In this document: one piece after another, positions 38,339-51,349 of the stretch | How positions within the stretch are numbered: the first letter of the stretch is position 1 | Layout: each line of letters begins with the position of its first letter | NCBI RefSeq assembly: GCF_006345805.1 | Contig: NC_043004.1 | Coordinates: 86,862,001 to 86,926,000, forward strand | Direction of reading: 5' to 3' | DNA length: 64,000 nt | Source: Octopus sinensis | Lineage: Eukaryota | Notes under the pieces: model-generated | The model's input: the letters and a program-made list of their open reading frames with translations, nothing else | Databases searched by the model: none | Told to the model about the DNA's origin: nothing | Program-made: the position numbers and the translations under genes

Positions 38339-39966
38339 AGCTGATCATTTTTAAGTCTGTGAATACCCCCAAAACATAAATGTATTTAATAACAAGGGTA
38401 ATTAAGTACACTGGATTTTTTTTTACATTGTCACTAATAATGCTGTTTTGTGTGTATCCTCTTTACCCCCTTTTATTTTCTGATCCTTAATTTTTGTGAA
38501 TTCCAAATAATACTTTCTACTATAGATTCCAGACTTGAAATTTTGGGTGAAGAGGCTAGTCCCAGAACATAACCTTCCCCTGGAAGAGATGCCACTTAGC
38601 ATTTTATCTGGCATGGCAATGATTCTGCCCACTTGCTGCTTTCAACCAAGTTCATCCTGTCTTTTTCATGACCATTTTATATTCAATGTTACATTACCCA
38701 TTGTACCTTTTCAAGCTGGTAGTATAATCTGGTGGAGATTATGTTGCTGTTTCCAGCAGGTTAAGTAACCAAGTAGAGGCTCCTTGGTTGACTTTGAGAT
38801 TAAATTTTTTAACCTCATCTTGTTCTCCATCACCTATGATCTAAGGGCATTGTGACCATTTTACCTAGTTACAATTATGCAGCACTGAATTATCCAATGT
38901 GCCTTTTTTTTTTTTTTTTTGCCTTTTATAAGATGATAGGGTGAGATCTGAGGGAGATTTGGCTGCTATTTTTAACTATTTAAGCAACCATACGGAGGCT
39001 CCCTCGTTTGGCTACTGTAATGTGTAAACTATTGAGGTGTGAAGTACGCTTCTTTTTTTATAAATTCTACTTTATTAAGTGTTAGGATATGATCTAAAGG
39101 AGATTTGACTGCTATTTTTAGCAAGTCAAGCAACCACACATTAGCTTAGTGCAGTGTCCCACAACAGGTACGTCACAGCACACTGGTGTACCACACCACA
39201 ATGCTAGGTATGCTGTTGTGTAACTTGAATATAATTTTTTCCTCTTTGGCTGAGTGTAATGTGGAAAGTACACCTCTTCCTTAGTCAGTTCTTTCATCTG
39301 CTCAACCCTATATACCTTTTGCTACCAGTACACAATTGTTTAGAAATAAGGTTAAGTTGTTCCAGAAATTTTGCAGCATATACTATCTGTCAGGTGACCT
39401 TTCTATTCTCTCTACTGTCCAAGGCTATTATGGGGCAGGGGACATATCAGGTGACAAAATTTAACCATTTTTCACCCAGTCCTCCCCCTCTCTCTTTCTT
39501 GTTCTTTTCCTCTTTATATCACCCATCTTTGTCTTATAATTATGCATCTATGAATATATCCCCTACCTTTCTGCTCCTTCTCTTGTACTTGTTCATTCAA
39601 GTCTCAATAAATTAATTTAAAAAGTGTAACTCACTTCCTTAATATTCTTGCTAAAATATAGATATTTCAAATTTTGATAAAAGCCAACAATCTTGGAAGT
39701 ATGGGTTGGTTAATTACAGTGACCCCCTCCTCCAGTACTTGATTGATACTTTATTTTATTGACACCCCACCCCATCCCCAAGGATGAAAATGAAAGTTAG
39801 CCCCAGTGGCATTTGAACTTAAAACAAAGCTTGAAGAAATGCCGCTGTACCTTCTGTTTTGCATGCTGATTAAGACCAGATGCTAATTCCAGAGATGTTT
39901 TTTAAGTTGTATTTTTTAAAATTGATCTAAAATGATTTGCAGTTTATAACTAAATACAATTTTGTT

Positions 39967-39997
<31 letters not shown>

Positions 39998-42133
39998 TTT
40001 GAAGTAACTATAACTTTGTAGTAGAATTAATACTCTGAAGTAAAAATAATACAGGCAGGGGTGTATGGCACCTTGAGCTAGTGTCTTCTATTATAGCTGC
40101 AGGCTAACCAAGCACTTTTGAGTAGTTGAGGTTCTTGGAAACTGAAGGAAGCCCATTGTGGATGTTATTGTCTTTTTGCATTGACCCTACATTATATTAG
40201 TAAGCAAGTGTTACTGTTTTATCCAAGTGGTGTCTTTCATTTCCAACATTTTGTAAAAACTTGTCTGACCTGAGGGAAATATCTTGCTTCAAAACAGGTT
40301 AGGGTTGGCAACAGGAAAGGTATCAGATTTTAGAAAACACGCCTCAACAAATTCTGTCCAACCCATGCCAGCATGGAAAACTGACGTTAAAAGATAATGA
40401 TGATAATGTGTCCTTTGTTCATTTTATCAATGTAGCCTGGGTTGATTGGGAGGAGTATGTGAGGAAGGTTTTTACGGTTAGATGCTTTTTCTGCGAAGAC
40501 TTACTCCATCAGGTTTCTTTTTATTGTCCCAAGCACCTTTGATAATCATGATACCACAGAAAGAGTTTTTTTTATTCAAAGCCCCTTTTCTATGATAGCA
40601 TGTATCAGAGTTTATTGAGGCAAATTTTCTATGGCCAGATACTCTTCCTCTTTCCAACTTTTACCTGTTTCCAAGCTAGATAATATTTCCCCATGCCCAG
40701 GCATGTTCTTGCAGAATATTGGAAATGAATGACACTGCATGTATAACAGTGGCACTTATTTACAACCATCATGCAATGTCAAGACAAGGAGACACCCTTT
40801 CCTCCCACACATATACAACAGGTTAAATGATGACAATGCTGCTGCTTCTTTCAGTTCCCATCTACCAAATCTACTCACAAGGCTTTGATTGACTAAGACA
40901 CTTGCTCAAGATGCCACACAGTGGGACTAAACTTGTAACCATGTGGTTGACAAGCAGACTTGTTCACTACACAACTGTGCCAGCTAATAAGCGAAAGCTA
41001 ACAATTCAACGAGATGTTTGGAATAAAGTTCATATTGAATACAATATTGTCATGAATAATATGGTTTTTTCAATTGCATGAGCTAAAAGTCGGAGGGGGA
41101 TGGGATAAACTATCTGCATCATGGTTACATCTCAGTTGTGAGGTTGCAGGGATCCTTTAGTTTTGTTGAAAATATGACACCTCATGCTGGTGGCATAAAG
41201 AAAGCATCCAGGATATTGTAAAGCAACTGGTATTGGGAAGTGCATCCAGTCGTGGAAGCTTAGGTAAAATGAAACCTGCACAGTGACCCCACACACTACG
41301 ATCCCTGTACTCCATACCAGCATGGACAGCAGGCATAAAACTATGATGTTGGCAGAACAAGAAAGAAAAAGAAAAAAAGGCACCAAATGGAATCTAAGCC
41401 TTTTAAAAACATCTCTTCAAGCCATTCAGTTAACAAGGGAAACTACCTTGGTCTTCTATTATCTCCCTTAGAATAATTAGTACCATGGACTTGTTGACTG
41501 CTTGCTTGTCAGGTCAGGGATGTTAATGGCAGTGCAGGGAGAATTATTTAGGTCAGTTTATAGGAGATTATAAGGATGCTAATGTGTGCTTTTATTTTTC
41601 TCTTAAGTACTACATTTTAAGGGTCACCAAAAGGACAGGAAGAGACCCAGTTTAAACATGACAAGATTGATGTGTTTTTCTCTCTATAGGCACTGGTTTC
41701 TTTATGCACCATTTGCCTGAGCCCACCATGGCAAAGTACATTTCATGGTCATGCCTTTAGCTCTAAATGATTGACTCCAGGTGCAGAGATGCGGCTTTTT
41801 TTATGTTGGAAAGTGGCATTGAAGTTAACTGCCAGATCACATAGAACATAGTTATTCATAAAAACATCTAACAAAATCTTCAATAAAAAAAAAAAAATCT
41901 TCAGATTTCTATTTTTAACACAATTGTAATTACTTCAAACAATTAATTTACAAGTGTAGATATAGAAGTATATATGGGTAATAGCTATTTATATATCTGT
42001 AAAATTCACAATTAATTGCAATGATAGTCATAAAATATACTAAAATTAAATATAATATATTTCAGTAAATCATTTTCCTTCTGATATTTTACGCATTCCA
42101 GACTGTTACTGGTTTCCCACCTTTTATATAGAT

Positions 42134-42733
42134 CGGTGGTTCTCAGCTTGGGTCCACACGACCCTTGGGTGTTCCTAGAAGATTTTGTTGTTAAAGTTTA
42201 TGTGCAAGAAATTAGTTATACTTCTATAATATGTAAAATATTTTAACAATTTTTCTGAGTGGCTGTGTGGTAAATAGCTTGCTTACCAACCACATGGTTC
42301 TGAGTTCAGTCCCACTGTGTGACACCTTGGGCAAGTGTCTTCAACTATAGCCACGGGCCAGCCAAAGCCTTGTGAGTGGATTTGGTAGACAGAAACTGAA
42401 AGAATCCCGATGTATATATATGTGTGTGTTTGTCCCCCCCATCATCTCTTGACAACTGATGTTGGTGTGTTTACGCCCCCATAACTTAGCAGTTCTGCAA
42501 AAGTAACTGATAGAATAAGTACTAGGCTTACAAAGAACAAGTCCTGGGGTTGATGTGTTCGACTAAAGGCAGTGCTCCAGCATGGTTGCAGTCAAATGAC
42601 TGAAACGAATAAAAATATAATTCCTAATAATAATAATTATAAAACTGTAATAAAATTTTTTAAAAGCATCAAATGCCTATCTTACTCTGATGGGCCTCCA
42701 TAGCCATCAAAGGGGTCCATAGGCAAACCACTG
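42134..42733. mobile_element. hAT/Charlie-type MITE interrupted by a major SINE (~42258-42615)
   Basis: CGGTGGTTCTCAGC ... GCAAACCACTG; 8-bp flanks ATATAGAT and ATCTAGAT. Confidence 0.75.
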
Positions 42734-45084
42734 ATCTAGATAATCTACTTCAACAATTTGCAGTAGGAACTAGTAAACAGACAGACAGACATTTATTTAT
42801 TTCAAATCTCTTATTGGGTCATGGACAGCTAGAGCTAGATTTGTTACAGATAGAACTACTATTTTGACAATGGTAGGAAGAGCTTCCAGGGTGTCTCTTC
42901 TTGCCACTGATCACCCAACCATAAAGATAATAATTGATCAGAGCATGTTTTTTTTTTCAGTGTAGAGTGGAGAAGGCTCTGAGCTGTTATCAAGAAGATA
43001 TTTTTAATATGTTGAAGTGCAGGGAACATTATCTGGAAAATATTAGACTGTGAGGGAAAAACAATATTAGCTAACAATTTTAATTATCTCAGTGAGTTCA
43101 AATCTTGCTGAGGTCAGCTTTGCTTTTCATCCTTTTAGGGTTGATAAAATAAAGTACTATTCAAGTACCAGGGTTGATATGTTCAACTTGCTTCCGTCCT
43201 TCAAAATTAGCTGGTCTTTTACCAAAATTCAAATTATTTCAATAAGTATGGGAATCAATGGCAAGTGTGTTTTGGTTTTATTATGACCGCATTAACTAAG
43301 TAAAGACATGTCAAAATAGAGATGGAAGAAGTCTTAAATAAACCTATAAGATGGTACACTACTTAGCATAGAAAAATATTTAAGGAATGAAGGAATCCAC
43401 ATAGAAGTTTGAAAAGTGTGTTTTATCACTTTGCAGTCTATGCATGGTTAAGAAATTCACTTCGCAATCAATGGATCCTTGGTTCGATCCCACCGCATAA
43501 CACTTTGGGTAGATGACTTCTTACTTAGTCTTATATCAGTGGATAACTGCGAGTGAAAATGGATATACAGACTCTGGATTTCATCTTTAATTCAAAGGGC
43601 CAAGTGCACACACAGTTACACTGATTCTGCCAAAGAATTAGTTGAAGAGTACAAGTACCTATGGAACATACACCTACTTTATAATTCAATGAGCATGTAG
43701 TACCATTGATCAAGCAACTGGAATATTCACCATCAAAACAAAAGTTCTTTACATATATTTGTTGTTTTTTATATTCAATTCAGCAGACAAAATTTTTATT
43801 TCTTTGATAAGGCAGTAGAATGACAAAAAGAGCATGAGATAGTATTTAGATATTGTTTAAACACTCTACTTGATTAGACAGCTCATTCCAATCATGACCA
43901 TCCTGTCTTTTTAATTTTTTTTTTATTTTTGGAGTATGCCTATGACTACATTATCCAAAGTATCCAGTTCTTGTTTTAAAACAGTTGGGTGCAATTTGAG
44001 AGAGGTTTGACTTCTATTTTTAGCAGGTCAAGCAACCAAACTGAAAACCTTTCATTGCAGTGTTTAGTTTTGCCCATTTACATTCTAAATTCATGTCTTG
44101 CCAATATTGATATCTTTCTTCCTTTCTCACCACAATAAAATAACTACTGACATTTATTGGAAATCAATTAGTTCAGTTGTCTATGTTGCCACTTTTCCAT
44201 AGTTTGTGGCCATGTGGCAATCAATATATACTAAGCAATCACTATTTATCTTTGGTTTTACACTGGTTAATATCTTTTAGCCACAGCTGTTCGCAGACAC
44301 TATACTGTACTCGTACAAAATCAATTATTAAATATAAAACTAAATTGCATAATGGTTAAGAAACTACTGGAACATCATCAAATAATTGCATAAACTTACG
44401 AATGCTACAAAGATGTGGTTCATTATATGAATGCTGAAAGTGTTCTATGCAGATGCTGACAAATGAAGTTTTAAGCAAAGACCACCAAAAAGGAGACACA
44501 GTTCAGTTAGCTGGACATAGGTACTACGTTGACAACTGGCAAAAAGGCTGTATGGGAAAGGGGGACACCCAACTCACTTGCACAATGTTTTCATTGTTCA
44601 GCTTGTAAGGCGGGTGGGGAACATTTTACATTTTTAACATGATCTTTATCTTTTCTTTCCATCACCTCAAATATATATCTCTTTTGTTCATTTTGCTGCA
44701 AAACAACCTTCCTTGGCTTTGGTTGTTATTAAAATGATTACTAGCTAATTACTGGAGGTATTGAAAGATTCTTGGGCAGGAAGTGTACCTATCTAAGATA
44801 CTGTTTAGTAAGTTTTGCACTGTCACCTGATCCTTAGATGTTTTTAGCTGAATTTTTTGTTTCCGGGTTTTCAGGTATCCACTTGTATGTTTTGCCACAG
44901 GTACTCAGGTTAGATCTTAACAGTTTTGATGGGATGGGGTGTGAAGGTTATGGGTGCTGTCCTTCTGATTCTGATTATTAGATAAAAAAAAAAGGAATAT
45001 CACATATAACATAAGAGTAGTGGAATCAGTCCAAATTTCACTGTTTTCCAGGAACAGCTGCAGAAATAGTTATAGGTGCACTAG

Positions 45085-45236
45085 TGGCTGTGTGGTAAGT
45101 AGCTTGCTTACAAACCACATGGTTCCGGGTCCAATCACACTGTGTGGCACCTGGGGCAAGTGTCTTCTACTATAGCCTCGGGCCAACCAAAGCCTTGTGA
45201 GTGGATTTTGTAGATGGAAACTGAAAGAAGCCCGTC

Positions 45237-45274
<38 letters not shown>

Positions 45275-45447
45275 GTGTGTGTCTGTTTGTCCCCCCTCCC
45301 CACCGCCAACATCGCTTGACAACCGATGGTTGTAACTTAGCAGTTTGGCAAAAGAGACCGATAGAATAAGCCCTGGGGTCAATTTGCTTGACTAAAGGCG
45401 GTGCTCCAGCATGGCCACAGTCAAATGACTGAAACAAATAAAAGAGA
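45085..45447 (+). mobile_element. Major tRNA-head SINE
   Basis: Head, (TA)n(TG)n and tail as in the other copies. Confidence 0.85.
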
Positions 45448-45926
45448 CAACTGACTTAGCATTTAAACCAGCCATACCTGATCCAAAATATCCTACTTGT
45501 TTTATGTTCAAACTGACATGATCCAACCTCTCATACATGTTCTACAATGTCATTCAAAAAATAAACAATCACCTCATTGAAATCTCAAAGCTATGAGATA
45601 ATGCATGATTAATTCAAACCAATGTGAATAAAAAAGCATCACATTTCAAAGAGTAATTTGAATGCCAAAGGGTTAAATGCTGATCATTCAGCCATATATT
45701 TTCATTTAGAACCATTTTTTAATTATATATTCATGAGAGAATACTTTCTTGAGCTTCTCCATGTATAATAGGAAATTTCATTAAGAAATATTTGCAGTTA
45801 TCAATTTTAAATGTAAAATGTATGGAATCTAAAGATGAAAGTTATTACACAAATTGATGTTTTATAAGCCAGTAAATATGACAATTTAAATATTATTAAG
45901 TTTTCTGTTTTATTTTCTTCTTTTAG

Positions 45927-46094
45927 CTTGTAAATGGCCATACTTTGTTTGATTATAATGTTGGCCTCAATGACCTCATTCAGTTGATGATACGGCAGAA
46001 AATCCCAGTAGCACCTGTACAGAAAGATGAACCAAAACCAATTGAATATGAGAGTGAAGAGAATTCTAACTCTTCAGACAAGGAAAATAAAATG
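45927..46094 (+). CDS. UHRF1: UHRF1 coding exon 2 (rest of UBL plus acidic linker)
   Basis: Acceptor ttttcttcttttag|CTT. Translates LVNGHTLFDYNVGLNDLIQLMIRQK...DKENKM, continuing the UBL (human [21 protein letters not shown]). 168 nt, donor ATG|GTAAGT, phase 0. Confidence 0.95.
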
Positions 46095-46194
46095 GTAAGT
46101 TATATTTCAAATTTGTCTACTTGAGAGCTTTCAATCCCTTTCTTTTCATCATTAAATAATTGTTGCTTTTCATTTCTAAACAGCACATGTATTT

Positions 46195-46556
46195 TCAATT
46201 GACAATTTTTTCCAAAGCTTGCACCATAACGCCCTCAAGAGTTTCAGACCCCACTTCTTTGATTTCTCTATCAATATTCTCCTTCAGTTGCACCAGGGTC
46301 TCCGGTTTGTTGACATAAACCCTCTCCTCCAGGTATCCCCACAAGAAAAAATCTGGGCTAAAGTCTGGGGAATGTGAAGGCCATTCAAAGTAGACCTCAT
46401 ATACAGTTCCAGCAAGATGGGGCAACTATTCATACTGCAAGAGAATGCAGTTGTTATGATAGTGCTTTGGAGAGAGAATAATCTCCCGCTACGGCAATGT
46501 GAGCTGGCCTTCACATCCCCCAGACTTGACTAACTCGGATTTTTTCTTGTGGGCGA
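46195..46556. mobile_element. Rearranged mariner-type (DD37D-like) transposase remnant
   Basis: Minus strand: WPSHSPDFSPDFFLWGYLEERVYVNKPETLVQLKENI. Plus strand: FQQDGATIHTARE (46407 onward) and FGERIISRYGNVSWPSHPPDLTNSDFFLW (46466 onward). Confidence 0.85.
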
Positions 46557-47256
46557 TGTTATTTTTCATATATGATGTAATGGAGTTGCAAAATTTGACT
46601 TGTGCATATTAATTTCCATTATGTCCTTTATGTTGTATCAAAATTTCCTGCATTGATTTCTAAATTAATATAGAAAGGAAAGGGTGTATAACATACTGCC
46701 TAATGTTTTGATACATAAACGCACGTGAAGGCCACATTCCTCAAGTACAAACAATAATCGACAACAATTTGAAGCAAATATAGTCTGCATTTCATAGCAA
46801 AATGTCAGCTCAAGCTGTTGTTATCTCTCTTTATTGAAGTTAGCCCTCGATTATAAAAAGTTTGTGGGCAAATAGTACTTATCGTCTGTTATATCTATAC
46901 ATCTTTACTTGATTTGTTTGAGATAAAAGGAAATATGAGTTAGCATCTCTGATACAAATAGCAAATTATTATACATAATTAAAATAGATTATCCCCTTTT
47001 AGTGATTATTTCATCTGTGGGTATGTTATATTGAGTATCAACTTATTTATAGTCAATTTTTGTTTTAAAATAATTGCTTCTACTCCGTTAGTGTTTCTTA
47101 TTAGCTTTACTGATAATAGAGAACTGTAATGAGTAAAATGTAACACTTTAAGTTTATAAATATATTAAGAATTACATAAAAATAACAACATGGAATTACT
47201 AAAATGATTAAAATGGTGTATGGACACATTCCTCGAAAACTCACAAATCCAAATAT

Positions 47257-47291
<35 letters not shown>

Positions 47292-47293
<2 letters not shown>

Positions 47294-47707
47294 CATAGGA
47301 GTGGCTGTGTGGTAAGTAGCTTGCTTACCAACCACATGGTTCTAGGTTCAGTCCCACTGCATGGCACCTTGGGCAAGTGTCTTCTACTATAGCCTCAGGC
47401 CAACCAAAGCCTTGTGAATGGATTTGGTAGGCGGAATCTGAAAGAAGCCCATCATATATATGTATATATATATATATGTGTGTGTATATGTGTTTGTGTG
47501 TCTGTGTTTGTACCCCCAACATCGCTTGACAACTGATGCTGATGTGTTTACGTCCCCGTAACTTAGCAGTTCGGCAAAAGAGACCAATAGAATAAGTACT
47601 AGGCTTAGAAAGAATAAGTCCTGGGGTCGATTTGCTCGACTAAAAGTGGTGCTGCAGCATGGCCACAGTCACATAACTGAAACAAGTAAAAGAGTAAGAG
47701 TAAAGAG
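47292..47707 (+). mobile_element. Major tRNA-head SINE, full length
   Basis: GGCATAGGAGTGGCTGTGTGG...GGTTCAGTCCC...ACCTTGGGCAAGT (CORE-like)...(TA)n(TG)n...TGAAACAAGTAAAAGAG. Confidence 0.88.
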
Positions 47708-47709
47708 TG

Positions 47710-47756
<47 letters not shown>

Positions 47757-48089
47757 CTACAAAAACAGTTAACCAAGAGAGCTAAAATTTATCAGGTGAA
47801 ACAATGTAATAATTTTTGATATTGATTGATACATTGTAAATTAGAGAGAGAGAGAAAGTGACAATGAACCTAATACAATTGCTAATGCTTATTTTATGGA
47901 TCCCTGAAGCCTTAAAGTTAAAATTAACTCTTGCACAATTCAAATAAAAAACAAAAAGTGTTTGCATTCTACCATTTTGGCCATCCCACTCTGAGGAAAA
48001 GTCAAATCGAAGTTCAAGAACTGGAGTGTGAGGACACATGTATGCAGTGAAAAATGGCTGGAACACTGGGTGGTGCTCTGATATATTTA

Positions 48090-48397
48090 TTTATGCACCT
48101 TTTTCAATCCTAGCCAAGCTCATAGGCCCAGTTTCCTGGTTTCTGTGGCGTATGTGTTCCCCCCAGCTGGATGGGACACCAGTCCATCGCAGTGTTACTC
48201 AAGAAACAGGAAGAAAGAGTGAGAGAAAGTTGGGGCGAAGGAGTACAACAGGGGTCGCCACTACCCCCTGCCGGAGCCTCGTGGAGCTTTAGGTGTTTTC
48301 ACTCAATAAACACACCCAATGCCCGGTCTGGGAATCAAAACCATGATCCTCCGACCTCGGGTCCACTGCCCTAACAACTGGGTCATTGTGCCTCCAT
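48090..48397 (-). mobile_element. tRNA-head SINE with V-domain-like core
   Basis: 14-bp TSD CTCTGATATATTTA (48076-48089 and 48398-48411). Confidence 0.8.
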
Positions 48398-48412
48398 CTC
48401 TGATATATTTAA

Positions 48413-48630
48413 CCCTTTAGTATTTAAACTGGCTATATTTGGGCTCAAATCTTTTTTTACTTGTTTTATGTTTAAACTGGCCAGATCTGATCTCACACCT
48501 AATTAACAATGCCAATGTAAAAATCAACAGTCACATCATTGAAATTTCAAAGCTACGAGATAATACATGATTGATTCATATCAATGAGATTAAATATGTA
48601 TTAGATTTGACTGATCTGAATGCTAAACGA
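48413..48630. mobile_element. piggyBac-type MITE, family B (decayed right end)
   Basis: TTAA|CCCTTTAGTATT ... GAATGCTAAACGA|TTAA. Confidence 0.7.
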
Positions 48631-48906
48631 TTAAGATTATTAGAATTATTTTTAATGTCCGTTATGTTTTATTGTATGAGCTTCACCTTTCATTTCTTTG
48701 CACATGTTATACATTTACAAATTAGAGTTCAGTTGATATCATTCACTAATTCACAGATTTATATACTTTTAATCCTTTCCAGAATAAAGTTCAGTTTTCC
48801 TTTTTTGGCTTTTGTTAACCGCATAATGTTTATATGCTTAGTTGTAAATTTCTAAATCTATCAAACTATCCATTCTGAAGAACTGTTTTAACTCTACTGC
48901 CCAGAC

Positions 48907-49118
48907 CAGTGGTTCTCAACCAGAGTCCATATAAGGTTTTGCTAAAATTTATGTGCAATAAATTGCTCATGTTTCTACAATACACAAAATAGTTTAATTT
49001 TTTAATACAATTCCGTATAATATTTGATTATAAAATATAAAATAATAGGATTGTTTAAAACAGTGAATGGTAGGAATCAAAAGGATCCATAGGCCAAAAA
49101 AATGGTCGACGGTCACTG
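48907..49118. mobile_element. hAT/Charlie-type MITE
   Basis: CAGTGGTTCTCAACC ... GGTCACTG; 8-bp flanks GCCCAGAC and ACCTAGAC. Confidence 0.65.
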
Positions 49119-49572
49119 ACCTAGACTGTGACAGTTTTTATCAGAGTGTCGCCTGTTGTAGGCAATTGGGTTAAGAATAACTTTCTCCCACCACCCTTAG
49201 AGCACCTGAAAATTGCCAAAGGCACGCAGTAGTTGAATAAAGATTAACCAAATAGCACGTCATTTAGTCAACAAAGACGTGTTTAAAAATAATTTTTGGA
49301 CATCTGTAGAGAAAATATTGTCCTTATTATACATTAAGGGCATCACTAAGGAAAAAAAAAATCTTTTCTGAAATGACAGCATTTTAACATTTAAATATTT
49401 ACATGTTAGAGCAGATATTTTTATCATTAAATTCACAATAGAAAGATAATTAAGTGATTAAAAAAGGGGGGGGGGGTTGCAGCAGAATTTAAAATTGTAA
49501 CAGTTTAGTATCTCAGAATTTAGAACTGTATATTTATTTATTTACATTTTCAATCCTTCTTTTTTTTATTAG

Positions 49573-49659
49573 CCTGAATCCTGTCTTCCAGCAGCTAAAG
49601 CTTCTACATCTGGACAGTTGTCTGGTGAAACAGAAGATATTTCAGATAGTATTTATAAA
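49573..49659 (+). CDS. UHRF1: UHRF1 coding exon 3 (UBL-Tudor linker)
   Basis: Acceptor tttttttattag|CCT. PESCLPAAKASTSGQLSGETEDISDSIYK; SIYK corresponds to human GLYK. 87 nt, donor AAA|GTATGT, phase 0 both sides. Confidence 0.88.
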
Positions 49660-50556
49660 GTATGTATTTTTTTTTTATGAAAGATGTTAACTTATTTTTT
49701 TGTTAAATTTTGATACAATTGACATAAGTTACTAATGAAAATCAGTTATATTTAGATAAAATGTTTTTCCTTGGTTCTTATGGAGATAAAATGCTATACA
49801 TAAAACCAGTTTTTGTGCTATTATGAAGAAACAATTTTATAATTTCTAAAGAATTCCAGCAATGTTCATCTTCAGTTGGGGGTTCTCTTGGCTTAGATTT
49901 TAAAATTTATTATCTGAGACCAAGTTTTCATTAAAATTGTGACCTGTACATGAAGTTAAGTAATCTGATGTCAAATCACAATTGCAACCAGTTGCTAGAA
50001 CACATTGTATATGGGTGTACTCATTTGGAATAAATTAATCTTACTTTTTATTGTATGAAAACTAATCTAGGAACTGAGAATGAAATGTAGAATCAATGAA
50101 GATGATTCTACAAAAGTTGAAGAATCACTGCTTTATCTTCTTAAGGAAGCTCTAATATTTTTGGTGCCTTCTGCTGTGAATTATTTAACCCTTTTGAGAC
50201 ACATTTTGGTATGTGTAGCCAAAAAGACCAAAATATTTTTCTATTGAGATACATCTCCTGAAAAATGATCTGATTAACTATTACATTTCAGAACAAACCA
50301 TTCACATTTGTTCCATTGGGCTGATGGATTGACCTCAAAGCCCTTTCAGCTTGTATCATGGGCTGATCAGTCAGCCTGAGTGTCCCAAAAAAGGTTAAAG
50401 TGGCTCATAATAAAAATCTCCTGTTTTACAATTAATAGCAAATTTGTTAAACCTTCCCACTAGTCTGTCTTTTAAATGTGATGCTCATTAGTTTTCTTGT
50501 TAGCTTTGAAAATAATGTGATTTTTTTTTTTTTTTTTTTGTGTTATTCATTTACAG

Positions 50557-51053
50557 ATAGGTGACATTATTGATGGCAGGGACCCAACAATGGGAGCTTG
50601 GTTTGAGGCAAAAATTGTTAAAATAATTCCAAAAGTTTGTACAAATGCCCGAAAGGGTAATGACTCTACTGCCACCCCATTGCAAGAGGTGGTCAATTCA
50701 GATAATAAAAATGAATGTAGCAGGGATAGAGTTGAGGGTTGTGTAAACGATATTGGCAGGACAGATACAGAAAATAGACTGGATACACGAATCAGCAATG
50801 AAGAGTGCAATGCTTCCACAGGTTTGTCTCATGAAAATGCTGATAAAAACAAACAAATTCATTCAAATTCAACAGATAGTAAGCTGTCTGAAAAAGGTAC
50901 TATTGTTGATGAAAATGCTAACCATTGTGACAGTTTACCAGTAATGGACACACAAACAGACTCTAAATTCAGTGATGCCCAATGGAAAGAAAAACTGTTG
51001 AAAGATATTCCCAAAACCAATGATGGATTTATTTATTCCATTGTTTTTGATGG
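50557..51053 (+). CDS. UHRF1: UHRF1 coding exon 4 (TTD N-subdomain with long insertion)
   Basis: Acceptor ttacag|ATA. IGDIIDGRDPTMGAWFEAKIV...FIYSIVFDG (human [21 protein letters not shown]...IYHVKYDD). 497 nt, donor GG|GTGAGT, phase 2. Confidence 0.94.
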
Positions 51054-51108
51054 GTGAGTATTACTTTATTCACATAATTTTTGATTTATCATAAATTACG
51101 ACATTGCC

Positions 51109-51334
51109 ACATTTACATTATGACGGATATTTGTCCTCATCTTATTTGTTGCTAAAACGTTTCGGCTGATATACCCTCCAGCCTTTTTCAGGTGTCTTGG
51201 GGAAATTTTGAACCTGGGTTCTCGTTCTTAAGGTATTTTTCAATATTATTATTATTATTGTTCAGATCACTGCTTGGAATCAAACTCAGAATCTTGGGGT
51301 TAGTAGCCCGCGCTCTTAACCACTACACCATATG
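51109..51334 (-). mobile_element. tRNA-head SINE with hammerhead-like tail (left copy)
   Basis: Reverse complement reads TGGTGTAGTGGTTAAGAGCGCGGGCTACTAACCCC...GACACCTGAAAAAGGCTGGAGGGTATATCAGCCGAAACGTT. Confidence 0.8.
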
Positions 51335-51349
51335 CATCTCAATAGAAAA

